From positions 37,565-101,564 of the forward strand of contig CAZWWE010000003.1 of NCBI GenBank assembly GCA_964637295.1: 64,000 bases of DNA, in the 5' to 3' direction. The position numbers and the translations under genes are program-made. Of this stretch, positions 19,570-28,730 are shown one piece after another (within the stretch, counting starts at the first letter, position 1; every line of letters starts with the position of its first letter). Source of the DNA: an uncultured Pseudomonadales bacterium (GTDB taxonomy: Bacteria > Patescibacteriota > Microgenomatia > UBA1400 > PJMF01). The notes under the pieces were generated by a model. That model made no database searches, was not told the origin of the DNA, and was given only the letters and a program-made list of their open reading frames with translations.

Positions 19570-20367
19570 TTAATTTAATTCAAAGGTAACAGAAACCGTT
19601 TTCAAAGTAGTGCTTGAGCCTGGTTCTAGCTTAGCATCCATGGCCATAGCCCCCGAAGCCATGGGGACAGAGGAACGATAACTTTCATACAAAGGATAAA
19701 CTCCGTCTTCACTCAAAGTAATGATTTTGCCGACCTTTTGATGATTGGCCGCGGCAATTTTTTCTGCTTTAGCTCGAGCATTGCTGACGGCTTCAACTAA
19801 AAGTTCGTCCGTGATTTGGTCTGCATCTTCGAGACTGAAGTTGGGGCCAGTAATTGCATTGGCACCACTATCATTGAGAATAGCCAGCAAATCTTCAGCT
19901 CGCTCCACTTCTCTGAGAGTAATGCTCACAGAATTATTGGCTCGCCAATCACCTTTCCTGGCTTCACCTCGATCTGGTTCAGGATACATGAGATTATTAA
20001 CAGCGCGATCTTCTTTGATGTATTCTGTTTCTTGATAAACGTTGACGTTTTGCGATTGGATATCTTCAGTTTTAATGCCAAACGCTTTGACTCGATCAAT
20101 TAATTGATTCATGGCTTCAGTGCTTTTTTGCAGTGCCGCTTCTTTGCTTTCTTCAATACTTTCCACTCCTGCAGTAAAATAGGCAATTTGATTAAGTTCT
20201 TGCTTTTCTGCTTTGCCAGTCACTGTGATAGTAGAGGTGGGATTAGTGCGCATTTCAAAACTGCCCCAGTTTGGCTTGAGGCTAGTAAAACGAGTTAAAG
20301 CGATCAAGGTCAAAATAAAAACGAAAAAAATAAGTGGTTTTTTTAGATTTTGAGTTTGATTTAACAT
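19570..20367 (-). CDS. SIMPL-domain (DUF541, YggE-like) exported protein
   Basis: An N-terminal signal anchor is followed by ITVTGKAE...IQSQNVNVY..., matching the SIMPL pattern. Confidence 0.6.
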   Translation of the reverse strand: MLNQTQNLKKPLIFFVFILTLIALTRFTSLKPNWGSFEMRTNPTSTITVTGKAEKQELNQIAYFTAGVESIEESKEAALQKSTEAMNQLIDRVKAFGIKTEDIQSQNVNVYQETEYIKEDRAVNNLMYPEPDRGEARKGDWRANNSVSITLREVERAEDLLAILNDSGANAITGPNFSLEDADQITDELLVEAVSNARAKAEKIAAANHQKVGKIITLSEDGVYPLYESYRSSVPMASGAMAMDAKLEPGSSTTLKTVSVTFELN

Positions 20368-20371
20368 ATTT

Positions 20372-21100
20372 TTATTCTATGACATTTTGGTCACTTTGGG
20401 CAGAGTCACTCGCCACCGCTCCATTGCTGGCGACATCAGTTTGTTTTGTCACTGCAGTGTTTTCGAGCTTACTTTGAATGGTTTGACTGGTTTGCTGATC
20501 GACGGTTGGCGTGGGAGTAATTAAATGCAGATTTTTAGCCAAATTAACTGTAATTTTAGTTTCATAACCTGCCAAAACTTGAAAACTATGATCTTGAGCT
20601 TCGTAAGAAGGCAGATTGACTAAAAAATGATGTGCTCCAGAAGTGACTCCTTCAATGGTCAGGGGGGAGAAATTGGCTTCTTGTTGATCAAAAGAAACAA
20701 GGGCGTTTTCTGGATATGTTTCAAAACTAACTGCGGTTTGGCCATCTTTGCGCTTGCGTAATTCAAAAATAGTACTGGAGCTGTTTTTAGGATTACTGCC
20801 GGGATTATAAACCACGATCGTCAAGGTGCCTTTTTCCAAAAAAATGGGCACAGTAAAATTACTCAAACCTTCTTCATCAGGATCAATTTTCAACATGTAT
20901 TCTCCGCTTTTGAGCTGATGTTCAACTAGTGGAGCTTTGCCCAAAAAATCATCATTTAAAAACACTGCGGCGCTGCCACTTACATATTCGATTTGTAAAC
21001 CTGCTCGAGACTTTTTTTGCAGAGGATCGCTTAAATAAAAAAATACCGCTAAAGCAAAAACCAATAAAGCAGCTAAAAAAATTAGCGTTTTTTTAAACAT
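20372..21100 (-). CDS. Exported or membrane-anchored protein, PEGA-like beta-sandwich
   Basis: Signal anchor followed by ...VFLNDDFLGKAPLV.., which is PEGA-like. The tail is Ser/Thr-rich. Confidence 0.4.
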   Translation of the reverse strand: MFKKTLIFLAALLVFALAVFFYLSDPLQKKSRAGLQIEYVSGSAAVFLNDDFLGKAPLVEHQLKSGEYMLKIDPDEEGLSNFTVPIFLEKGTLTIVVYNPGSNPKNSSSTIFELRKRKDGQTAVSFETYPENALVSFDQQEANFSPLTIEGVTSGAHHFLVNLPSYEAQDHSFQVLAGYETKITVNLAKNLHLITPTPTVDQQTSQTIQSKLENTAVTKQTDVASNGAVASDSAQSDQNVIE

Positions 21101-21133
21101 AGCTAATGATCAGTATAACAGTTTAATAGCGGC

Positions 21134-23497
21134 TTAACGCTCCAACAAGGCAATTTTTAATACCGTCGCCACGTCAGACACTGGTTTGAAAGTTACTTGC
21201 TGATTTAGGAGTGGCAAAATTTTTTCTAGATCGCGCTCGTTTTCTTGAGGAATAATAATCGTTTTGCTGCCAGCATTATAAGCGGCAATGGCTTTTTCTT
21301 TGAGTCCGCCAATGCGCAAAACTCGTCCACGCAAAGTAATTTCTCCAGTCATGGCCACATCTTTGCGCACAGGACGCTTGGTGAAAGCAGATACCAAAGC
21401 GGTTGCAATCGTTACTCCAGCAGAGGGGCCATCTTTGGGCACCGCTCCTTCTGGAACATGAATGTGCACGTTGGATTTATTAATCAGTTCCATGCTAATT
21501 CCTAGTTCGCGATGATGGGCGCTGACATAAGTGAGAGCTGCTTGTGCCGATTCTTTCATCACTTCGCCCAATTTGCCAGTTAATTTAATTTGGCCTTTTC
21601 CTGGAGAAAGGGCCACTTCGACAAATAACACCTCGCCGCCGACGCTGGTCCAAGCCAAACCAGTAGCCAAGCCGACCTGATCTTTGTTTTCTGCTAAACT
21701 TTCGTCAAAAATCGCTGGCCCCAGATATTCTTTCAGTTTTTTAGGAGTAATTTTGATTGTTTTACTTTCTTTAATTAAAATTTCCCGAGCTACTTTGCGC
21801 ATAATTTTATTAATTTGTCTTTCTAAATCTCTGACGCCGGCTTCTTTAACGTAATTTTTAATAATTTTAGTCAAAATCATTTCATCAAGCTGCACCACGT
21901 TTTTATTTAAAGCATTGGCTTGTAAGCTTTTTTTAAGCAAATAACGTTTGGCAATTTCCAATTTTTCATGTGCCGTGTAACCAGAGTATTGAATAATTTC
22001 CAAACGATCACGCAGGGCGGCTGGAATAGTATCCAAAGTATTAGCAGTGGCGATAAACAAAACATTAGACAGGTCAAAAGGAAAATCTAAATAATGATCT
22101 TCAAAAGCATAATTTTGTTCGGGGTCAAGCACTTCTAAAAGAGCTGAGCTGGGATCGCCACGAAAATCGTTACCCAATTTATCAATTTCGTCCAGCATAA
22201 AAACTGGATTGCTGCTTTTCGCATTAGTCAGGGCTTTAATAATTCTGCCTGGCATAGCCCCAACATAAGTGCGGCGATGACCGCGAATTTCCGCTTCATC
22301 TCGCACTCCACCTAAGGAAATCTTGGTAAAATCTCTGCCTAAGGCATTGGCAATAGATCGGCCAATGCTAGTTTTGCCGACACCAGGTGGACCAACAAAA
22401 CATAAAATCGTGGGCAAATTTTGACTTTTTCGTTTTGCTTGTTTTTGTTTTAATTGTAAAACAGCCATGTATTCTAGAACGCGATCTTTGACTTCTTCTA
22501 AGCCGAAGTGATCTTTGTCTAATAAAGTAGCAGCTTTTTGAATATCAATTGCTTTGTTTTTTAATTTGCCAAAAGGTAGTTCAAAAACCAGATCTAGCCA
22601 ACTGCGAATATAAGCCCCCTCTGGATTATTGGGTGACATTTGCTGCAATTTTTTGATTTCTTGTTCAACTCGCTTGGCTATCTCTGCAGGCAACTTAGCT
22701 TTTTTTAATTTATGAGCATAATCACTGATAATCTCTTCTTCATCATCAAGTTCGCCTAGTTCTTTTTGAATGGTGTGCAATCTTTCGCGCAAAATACTCT
22801 CGCGCATGTGTTGATCAAATTTTGCTTGTGTTTTTTTAGAGACATCTTTCTCAATTTCTAAAACCTTGATTTCTTTGGATAAATAAAAAATGATTTTTTT
22901 AATTCTGTCTTTGACTGCCACCATTTCTAAAATTTGTTGCTTTTCTTTGGTGGACAGAGTGAGGGTGCTGGCAATTTGATCGGCCATTTCACTTTCATTG
23001 ATGCCACTGAGCAACTTGATAAAATTTAAAAATTCAATTTGCTTGCCCATTTGGACCGTTTTTTTAAACAGTTTCTGTAATTGATTGCTGAGCGCCAGCA
23101 ATTCTTCGTCTCTGGAAAATTTTTCGTAAATTTTTTCGACACTGGCCAATAAAAAAGGTTGTTCTTGCAAAAAATTTTGCACTTTTACTCGACCTACGCC
23201 ACGGACTAAAGCGCTGACACTGTTATCAGTGACCAGAGTTTTTTCAATAATCGCCAAAGTGCCCACTAGATAAAGATCGGTGGTTTTTGGTTCTTCTAAG
23301 TTGGCTTGTTTTTGGGTCAACAAGACTACGTATTTATTGTTAATTTCACTTTTTTTAATCGCAGCAAGTGACATTTTTCTGCCAAAAGTTAAGACTGACT
23401 CGGTAGATGGAAAAAGCACCCCCTCGCGAATAGGAATAACAGGCAAACTTAATTGACTGGTGGGTAAATTTTGCGCTTTATCGGGCTTTACTGGCAT
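21134..23497 (-). CDS. lon: ATP-dependent Lon protease
   Basis: LON N-domain, the AAA+ Walker A motif GPPGVGKTS, and the S16 catalytic-domain motif [13 protein letters not shown]. Confidence 0.95.
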   Translation of the reverse strand: MPVKPDKAQNLPTSQLSLPVIPIREGVLFPSTESVLTFGRKMSLAAIKKSEINNKYVVLLTQKQANLEEPKTTDLYLVGTLAIIEKTLVTDNSVSALVRGVGRVKVQNFLQEQPFLLASVEKIYEKFSRDEELLALSNQLQKLFKKTVQMGKQIEFLNFIKLLSGINESEMADQIASTLTLSTKEKQQILEMVAVKDRIKKIIFYLSKEIKVLEIEKDVSKKTQAKFDQHMRESILRERLHTIQKELGELDDEEEIISDYAHKLKKAKLPAEIAKRVEQEIKKLQQMSPNNPEGAYIRSWLDLVFELPFGKLKNKAIDIQKAATLLDKDHFGLEEVKDRVLEYMAVLQLKQKQAKRKSQNLPTILCFVGPPGVGKTSIGRSIANALGRDFTKISLGGVRDEAEIRGHRRTYVGAMPGRIIKALTNAKSSNPVFMLDEIDKLGNDFRGDPSSALLEVLDPEQNYAFEDHYLDFPFDLSNVLFIATANTLDTIPAALRDRLEIIQYSGYTAHEKLEIAKRYLLKKSLQANALNKNVVQLDEMILTKIIKNYVKEAGVRDLERQINKIMRKVAREILIKESKTIKITPKKLKEYLGPAIFDESLAENKDQVGLATGLAWTSVGGEVLFVEVALSPGKGQIKLTGKLGEVMKESAQAALTYVSAHHRELGISMELINKSNVHIHVPEGAVPKDGPSAGVTIATALVSAFTKRPVRKDVAMTGEITLRGRVLRIGGLKEKAIAAYNAGSKTIIIPQENERDLEKILPLLNQQVTFKPVSDVATVLKIALLER

Positions 23498-23583
23498 AGT
23501 TTTTAGATGGCTAGTTTTTCTTAAATAGTGGTAAAAAATTGGTGAAAATCAATCATCTTTGCGCGTCAATAAGTCATTTAGCG

Positions 23584-23657
23584 TGGGTGTGCTTGGAATC
23601 GAACCAAGGACCTCAGTCTTATCAGGACTGCGCTCTAACCATCTGAGCTACACACCC
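23584..23657 (-). tRNA. tRNA-Ile (anticodon GAT), downstream of 16S
   Basis: The reverse complement folds as acceptor GGGTGTG/CACACCC, D arm GCTC-AGATGGTTA-GAGC, anticodon stem CAGTC/GACTG with loop CTGATAA, T arm CTTGG-TTCGATT-CCAAG, and discriminator A. Confidence 0.85.
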
Positions 23658-23814
23658 TATTTTCGACAAGGATATATTTTAGCACAGGCTGGTTTTTTTA
23701 CCATCAACTATTTTAAGATTGCAAGATAGCATCCTAACATTGTTTTGCTTAATTAGCAATCACCTAATTGGTCTGCTAATATCGCCCTCCAGAGAGAAAG
23801 ATTGATCTATCAAT

Positions 23815-23845
23815 ATATATTTTGATATATTTTGATATATATAAT
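23815..23845. repeat. Short tandem repeat (atatattttg x ~3) in the 16S/tRNA-Ile spacer
   Basis: atatattttgatatattttgatatatat. Confidence 0.4.
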
Positions 23846-24200
23846 CAAAATCAAATCAATGCAAAACAGCTCTCAAGTACAAAAAAACCGCCAGAATACA
23901 GCGGTTTTAAAATCATCAAGAGCAATTGAAAGCAAATACAGTGACAGAAAGTATGACCTAGACACAATGATCATAGGATTTGTATTTTTCGTCTAGATCG
24001 CTCTAGACGGGAGAAGGAGGTCGTGAAAAAACTCCTACCCATTCTCCTTAGAAAGGAGGTGATCCATCGCCACCTTCCAGTAGCGATACCTTGTTACGAC
24101 TTAACCCTCATCGCTAACCTCACCGTAGAAGGGCCACTCGCTTGCGCGTTATGGTCACCCGCTTCGGGTGTTGCTAACTTTGCTGGTTTGACGGGCAGTG

Positions 24201-25109
24201 TTCTGAGATAATTAGTTCATCACTGAACTTTACTTCTCTCCCGACTGGGCACACGGTTTTCCCGTACCCTAGCCGACGCTTGATTTTTTACTAAATTTAT
24301 TCATTTTTTTGCGAATGGCTCGCAATTGCTCAATGCCATCTAAAGTTAAATGCTGTTTACTCTTAAATATTTCTACGGCTTGTAGAAAATATTGATAAGA
24401 CAAACGTTTTTTAGCTCTAAGCGGATATTGATTAAAAAATGGAATTAATTTATCAATAATTTCCCTGATCGAAGACACTTTTAGTTCAACGTGTGGATGC
24501 CACCCATAACGCTCATAATTGAGAGTATAGATATGACCACAGCCGAGTGTTTTTTGAATTTGTTGCAAGATTTCTAAATCATCGCTTCGCAATTCGATTT
24601 GAAAATGCAAACGCGCATCCAGACCCAATTTCTTGGTAGGATGTTTAGAGATGACGATGGTGAAGCAGCCTTCTCCATCAACAAATCCTGCTATATATTC
24701 GCCAGGTAATTTTTTATCAAGTGAGTCCTTCCCTTTCTTATGAAAGGTACTATGACTCTTGCAGACTTCCTGATGAATGTTTGATTTCATCACTTCCATC
24801 ATACTCATTTCTCGTTATTAAACAAGAAGCGAGAGACATCAGGATCTCCCTTTGTACCCATAAAGACCTTTTGTTTTCATCTCGAGCCCAGATATTTTAA
24901 ATACTATACTTAAATAAGTAGTTTCCCCAAATGTACGAATGGGTCACCAATATTTAAAATCGTTTAAACTTCAAGCTGAAAACTGCTACTTTTACCCTTC
25001 ATCTAGCTCCTTGCGGAGATTAGACTGTAATTTGGCTTTACTTGGCTTATTTCCAAGTAGTTGGATTCACACCAACTTGTTTTTATAGGCGAAAGGCGCA
25101 TATTTACGT
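24201..25109 (-). mobile_element. Intron (probably group I) inserted in 16S rRNA near E. coli position ~1396/1397, carrying a homing endonuclease ORF
   Basis: 909 nt interrupt the otherwise colinear universal motif TTGTACA|CAC(C/T)GCCCGTCA. The insert encodes a single-motif LAGLIDADG protein in the rRNA sense orientation. Boundaries are placed by the exon consensus and are good to ±1 nt. Confidence 0.7.
24269..24808 (-). CDS. LAGLIDADG homing endonuclease (single-motif type) encoded inside the 16S intron
   Basis: LPGEYIAGFVDGEGCF matches the LAGLIDADG consensus (LAGFIDGDG). The 179-aa product is typical of homodimeric intron-encoded endonucleases. Confidence 0.8.
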   Translation of the reverse strand: MSMMEVMKSNIHQEVCKSHSTFHKKGKDSLDKKLPGEYIAGFVDGEGCFTIVISKHPTKKLGLDARLHFQIELRSDDLEILQQIQKTLGCGHIYTLNYERYGWHPHVELKVSSIREIIDKLIPFFNQYPLRAKKRLSYQYFLQAVEIFKSKQHLTLDGIEQLRAIRKKMNKFSKKSSVG

Positions 25110-26562
25110 TGTACAAGGAGCGAGAACGTATTCACCGCAACCTGCTGATTTGCGATTACTACCGATTCCGACTTCATGCTCTCGAATTGCAGAGAACAAT
25201 CTGAACTGAGGGGCCGTTTAAGGATTAGCTCCACCTCGCGGTCTTGCTTCCCGTTGTCGGCTCCATTGTAGGATGTGTGTAGCCCTGGATGTAAGGGTCG
25301 TGCTGACTTGACGTCATCCTCTCCTTCCTCCCTGCAAAAAGCAGGGCAGTCTCTCGTGACACTTGTAACACGAGATAAGGGTTGCGCTCGTTACCACACT
25401 TAAGTGGACGCCTCACGACACGAGCTGACGACAGCCATGCAACACCTGTGTACCACTCTCGAAGAAGACTTAGTTTCCTAAGCCGTGCAGGTACATGTCA
25501 AACCCAGGTAAGGTTTTTCGCTTTGTATCGAATTAAACCACATGCTCCACCGGTTGTGCGCTCCCCCGTCAATTCCTTTGAGTTTTAATCTTGCGATCGT
25601 AATCCCCAGGCGCCTTGCTTAACGCGTTAGCTTACATCACTCAATCCATAAAGGACCAAGCAATTAGCAAGGAATGTTTACGGCTTGGACTACAGGGGTC
25701 TCTAATCCCTTTTGCTACCCAAGCTTTCGTCCCTGAGCGTCAGTATTACCCTAGGAGCCCGCCTTCGCGAATGGTGTTCCTCTCGATATCTACGGATTTC
25801 ACCCCTCCACCGAGAATTCCAGCTCCCCATAGTAAACTCTAGTTTATCAGTTTTCCATCCTGTATCTGGAGTTGAGCCCCAGTATTAAAGATGAAACTTG
25901 ATAAACCGCCGACGGTACGCTTTACGCCCAGTAAATCCGGATAATGCTTGCACCCTACGTATTACCGAGGCTTCTGGCACGTAGTTAGCAGGTGCTTTCT
26001 AGCAGGGTACGCTCAAAATTTGTTCCCCTGCCACAGTGGTTTACACTCCGAAAAGCTTCTTCCCACACGCGGTGTCGCTGCGTCAGACTTTCGTCCATTG
26101 CGCAATATTCCCAGTTGCTGCCACCCGTAGGTGTAGGCACCGTGTCTCAGTTACCTTGTGGCCGGTCATGCTCTCACACCGGCTACCCGTCATTGGCTTG
26201 GTGAGCCGTTACCTCACCAACTACCTGATAGGGCGCAGGCCTCTCCCCAAGCGTCTTGCGACTTTGACCTTACGGCCATATGCGGCATTACCCCACCTTT
26301 CGATGAGCTATTCCCCACTTGAGGGTAAGTTCCTACGTATTACTCACCCGTCTGCCACTCGTTCTTGCGAACCGTTCGACTTGCATGCTTAAGGCACACC
26401 GCCAGCATTCATCCTGAGCCAGGATCAAACTCTTAAAAAAAAGTTTGATTAGCTCTATAAAAAACTAATTTGATTTACTTAAAAAATTGACGGACTTTTC
26501 CAAAAAAAGGAAAAATCCTTGCACACTTTCTATCACTATATTTATTTTCAATTGGCTGTTAC

Positions 26563-26728
26563 TAGACCTGTAAAGAAATACTAAAAAGGTTTCTTAACCT
26601 ATCTTTTACATATTTTAGTTCTTTTCTTCTTCCTCAAGTAGGCATAGCTACTATCGTCATCAGAAAAGATTAAAATATTGTAAAACCTAAGGTTAATAAA
26701 CTCAATTTATTATTTCTTTACAGGTCTA
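26563..26728. repeat. 18-bp perfect inverted repeat in the 16S leader (arms 26563-26580 and 26711-26728)
   Basis: tagacctgtaaagaaata ... tatttctttacaggtcta, giving a potential long-range stem that encloses ~130 nt of leader. Confidence 0.55.
26632..26658. repeat. 27-bp direct repeat, copy 1 (inside the 16S leader)
   Basis: cctcaagtaggcatagctactatcgtc, containing a hairpin AGTAG-n6-CTACT. It matches copy 2 at 25 of 27 positions. Confidence 0.5.
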
Positions 26729-26741
26729 CTTGTTAAAGATC
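26728..26741 (-). promoter_or_regulatory. boxA-like antitermination element in the 16S leader
   Basis: On the rRNA-sense strand, TGATCTTTAACAAG matches the rrn boxA consensus TGCTCTTTAACAA at 12 of 14 positions. It lies ~65 nt downstream of the predicted promoter. Confidence 0.5.
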
Positions 26742-26806
26742 AATTTGGCCTAGCAAACAAAAAAAAGAAAGAAAAACTTTCTAGTTTTTTGTACTTCCTC
26801 TAGACG

Positions 26807-26842
26807 CTGAAGAATTTTATTCCATGGAAGCCTATTTGACAA
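26807..26842 (-). promoter_or_regulatory. Candidate sigma70 promoter for the 16S rRNA operon
   Basis: On the minus strand, TTGTCA (26842..26837), a 17-nt spacer and TAAAAT (26819..26814). It sits ~375 nt upstream of the 16S 5' end. Confidence 0.4.
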
Positions 26843-26894
26843 GTCGCATTCTACTGCAAGTCTGTAGACTTCGGCAAAAAAATATTTATTTTAT

Positions 26895-26921
26895 CCTCAA
26901 GTAGACAAAGCTACTATCGTC
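26895..26921. repeat. 27-bp direct repeat, copy 2 (upstream of the rRNA promoter)
   Basis: cctcaagtagacaaagctactatcgtc. The hairpin stem is conserved while the loop differs from copy 1. Confidence 0.5.
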
Positions 26922-27054
26922 TAAAACTAAATCTTTTTTTGCTCGAACCTTCAGCCTTTCGTGACGAAAGGGACTTGTTAAATAGGCTTTAAGAACAAAA
27001 TTGTGAAGTGGGAGTTATTTTAAGGGCAAGTCTATGAAAAGACAATAGTCAATC

Positions 27055-27897
27055 GTGAGTGTTTACTCTATACTTTTTAGTATGAGTGCAATTAAGCAAG
27101 CGATTTTACTGACCATGAGCGTTCTGGCGGCTTATTTGTATCTGCAAGTGCCTTTTTTGAAAGAGTATTTTTTGCAAGCTTTTGCTTTGAGTAGTGCTGT
27201 TTATTTATTTTTACAAAAGCAGCAGAGGGGCTATTCTGCCTTATTTTTAGCCAATCATTCTGTATTAGGTTTGGCGATAATCAATTTTGCTTTTTTATTA
27301 TTGGTGGGTGCCAGTGGTTCTCTGGCCTCACCCTTTTTTGCCCTGACTTTTATTGAACTTTTCTTTGTTGCGTTGAGTACATCGGCAAAAAATACTTTGT
27401 TGTTGAGTTTAGAAATCATGGTTTTTCATTTTAGTCTGAGCATTGCCAATAGTAACCATTTTAGATTGGAAACAGCGCAATTATCTAATTTATTAGCTTT
27501 GCCAATTGTGAGCATTTTTTATTTATTTGCCAAAAACCAATATGAGAAAGCTTATCGCAATCACTTGTTGCTTGATTGGCAAAATCGAGAATTAGAGCGA
27601 GCGCAAAGCGATGATCAAGCCGTAGCAGAATTTGTCACCTCTTTACTTAATCGACGCTTGCCGATGCTAGAATTTTTACTGAGTTTTCCAGAAAAGAATC
27701 AGGCAGCTATTTTGGCAGAAATCCAAATTTTAAAGCAAGATTTAAACTTATTGATTAGACAAATTGAGAAAAAAACTGAAAGCTCAAATTCAGATCAATC
27801 GCTTATCTTGAAACAGGAAGAAGCCAAAACGCCAAATATGGAGGCTCTAATCGATCTAGTGGAAAAAGAAAGTCATGAAGAAAAGAAAAGCCCATGA
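27055..27897 (+). CDS. Membrane protein with a C-terminal coiled-coil (first gene of the surface-protein operon)
   Basis: GTG or ATG start, ~5 transmembrane helices, then a charged coiled-coil tail (QDLNLLIRQIEKKTES...). No enzymatic motif is visible. Confidence 0.5.
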   Translation: MSVYSILFSMSAIKQAILLTMSVLAAYLYLQVPFLKEYFLQAFALSSAVYLFLQKQQRGYSALFLANHSVLGLAIINFAFLLLVGASGSLASPFFALTFIELFFVALSTSAKNTLLLSLEIMVFHFSLSIANSNHFRLETAQLSNLLALPIVSIFYLFAKNQYEKAYRNHLLLDWQNRELERAQSDDQAVAEFVTSLLNRRLPMLEFLLSFPEKNQAAILAEIQILKQDLNLLIRQIEKKTESSNSDQSLILKQEEAKTPNMEALIDLVEKESHEEKKSP

Positions 27898-28721
27898 TCA
27901 AGGCAAAGGTGAAAACGACTAAGATTGCATCTTTAATAATAGGTTTCTTTCTATGGAGTGGTTTTGCTTTGCCAGCAAATAATCAAGTCATGGCTGAGGA
28001 AATGCAGTCTAATTCGTATAAGATTCAATTTGGCAATTTTAATATGGCTTCTGGTCAAAGAAGTGGTGAAACTTACGCTCTCTCAGATACTATGGGTGGC
28101 TTAGCTGTGGGGCCCTATGGACAATATGGTAGTAGCAGCTACTTTATTGGTGGTGGTTTTCAATATGTTTATCAAATTGATTATTTTTTCTTTAGCATTT
28201 CCAAATTAAGCATCAATTTGGGTGAATTATTTGCAGATAGTTTTAAAACTGACTCACACACAATCAGCGTGACCACTAATGGGGCCAGTGGCTACAAAGT
28301 GTATGTTTTTGAAAATCATCCGCTGCGCTTGATTGGAGCTAGTACCCCTAGCCCCAGCACTGATCTAAGTGACACCACTTGCGATGCTGGCTGTGATGAA
28401 AGCACCGCTGGACTGTGGACTAATGCAAGCAATGCTGGTTTTGGTTTCAACGTCAGTGCCAATGTTTTGCCTAATGCTAATTTGCCAGGCGGCACTTTTA
28501 ATTTGGGCGATGATGATGTGGCCGCTGATTTTATTAATCAGAATTATTTTCGTCAATTTGCGAATAACGAAGCTGGCGAAAGCATGCAGGCAATTATGAG
28601 TTCTGATAATGTTGCTTTGCAGAACACAGCCACTGTGACTTATAAGGCCGCTATGGCTGGCAATCAAACAGCCGGTTCTTATCAAACAAGCATTGTTTAT
28701 GTGGCCGTACCTGGCTATTAA
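27894..28721 (+). CDS. Exported protein, paralogue A1 (shares a ~110-aa C-terminal domain with A2)
   Basis: Signal peptide. The C-terminal block GLWTNASNAGFGFNVS...FRQFANNEAGE...SYQTSIVYVAVPGY aligns with A2's DWTNASTYPGFGYSLS...AKQFADLAAGE...NYENYIVYTASATF. Its start overlaps the upstream stop (ATGA). Confidence 0.55.
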   Translation: MIKAKVKTTKIASLIIGFFLWSGFALPANNQVMAEEMQSNSYKIQFGNFNMASGQRSGETYALSDTMGGLAVGPYGQYGSSSYFIGGGFQYVYQIDYFFFSISKLSINLGELFADSFKTDSHTISVTTNGASGYKVYVFENHPLRLIGASTPSPSTDLSDTTCDAGCDESTAGLWTNASNAGFGFNVSANVLPNANLPGGTFNLGDDDVAADFINQNYFRQFANNEAGESMQAIMSSDNVALQNTATVTYKAAMAGNQTAGSYQTSIVYVAVPGY

Positions 28722-28730
28722 GTTTAATTT

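Larger units (their letters stand above)
24051..26437 (-). rRNA. rrs: 16S rRNA gene, interrupted by a ~0.9-kb intron (exon 1 ~26437..25110, exon 2 ~24200..24051)
   Basis: The reverse complement begins AGAGTTTGATCCTGGCTCAG (26433..26414) and ends GGATCACCTCCTTTC (~24065..24051). Internal universal blocks are present: GTGCCAGAAGCCTCGGTAATAC, GGATTAGAGACCC, GCATGGCTGTCGTCAGCTCGTG and GGTGAATACGTTC. The 1390 region is split: ...CCTTGTACA | 909 nt | CACTGCCCGTCA... Confidence 0.9.

Noticed and set aside
23658-24050. Expected tRNA-Ala in the 16S downstream spacer
   Set aside because: I could not fold any cloverleaf from this AT-rich spacer. Only tRNA-Ile is present.
25225-26392. Several 60-118-aa ORFs on both strands (25225..25416, 25382..25588, 25615..25842, 25948..26392 group) and 24023..24211
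   Set aside because: They lie entirely inside the 16S rRNA exons. These are chance open frames in structured RNA and not protein genes.
26632-26921. Possible CRISPR array from the 27-nt repeats
   Set aside because: There are only two copies ~260 bp apart, with non-uniform spacing, and no cas genes in the window. They are better explained as regulatory or structural repeats in the rRNA leader.
26954-26970. Strong hairpin CCTTTCG-tga-CGAAAGG as a terminator
   Set aside because: It has no adjacent T-tract on either strand. It is more likely a protein-binding palindrome or an element of the divergent promoter region. It is mentioned only under the leader finding.
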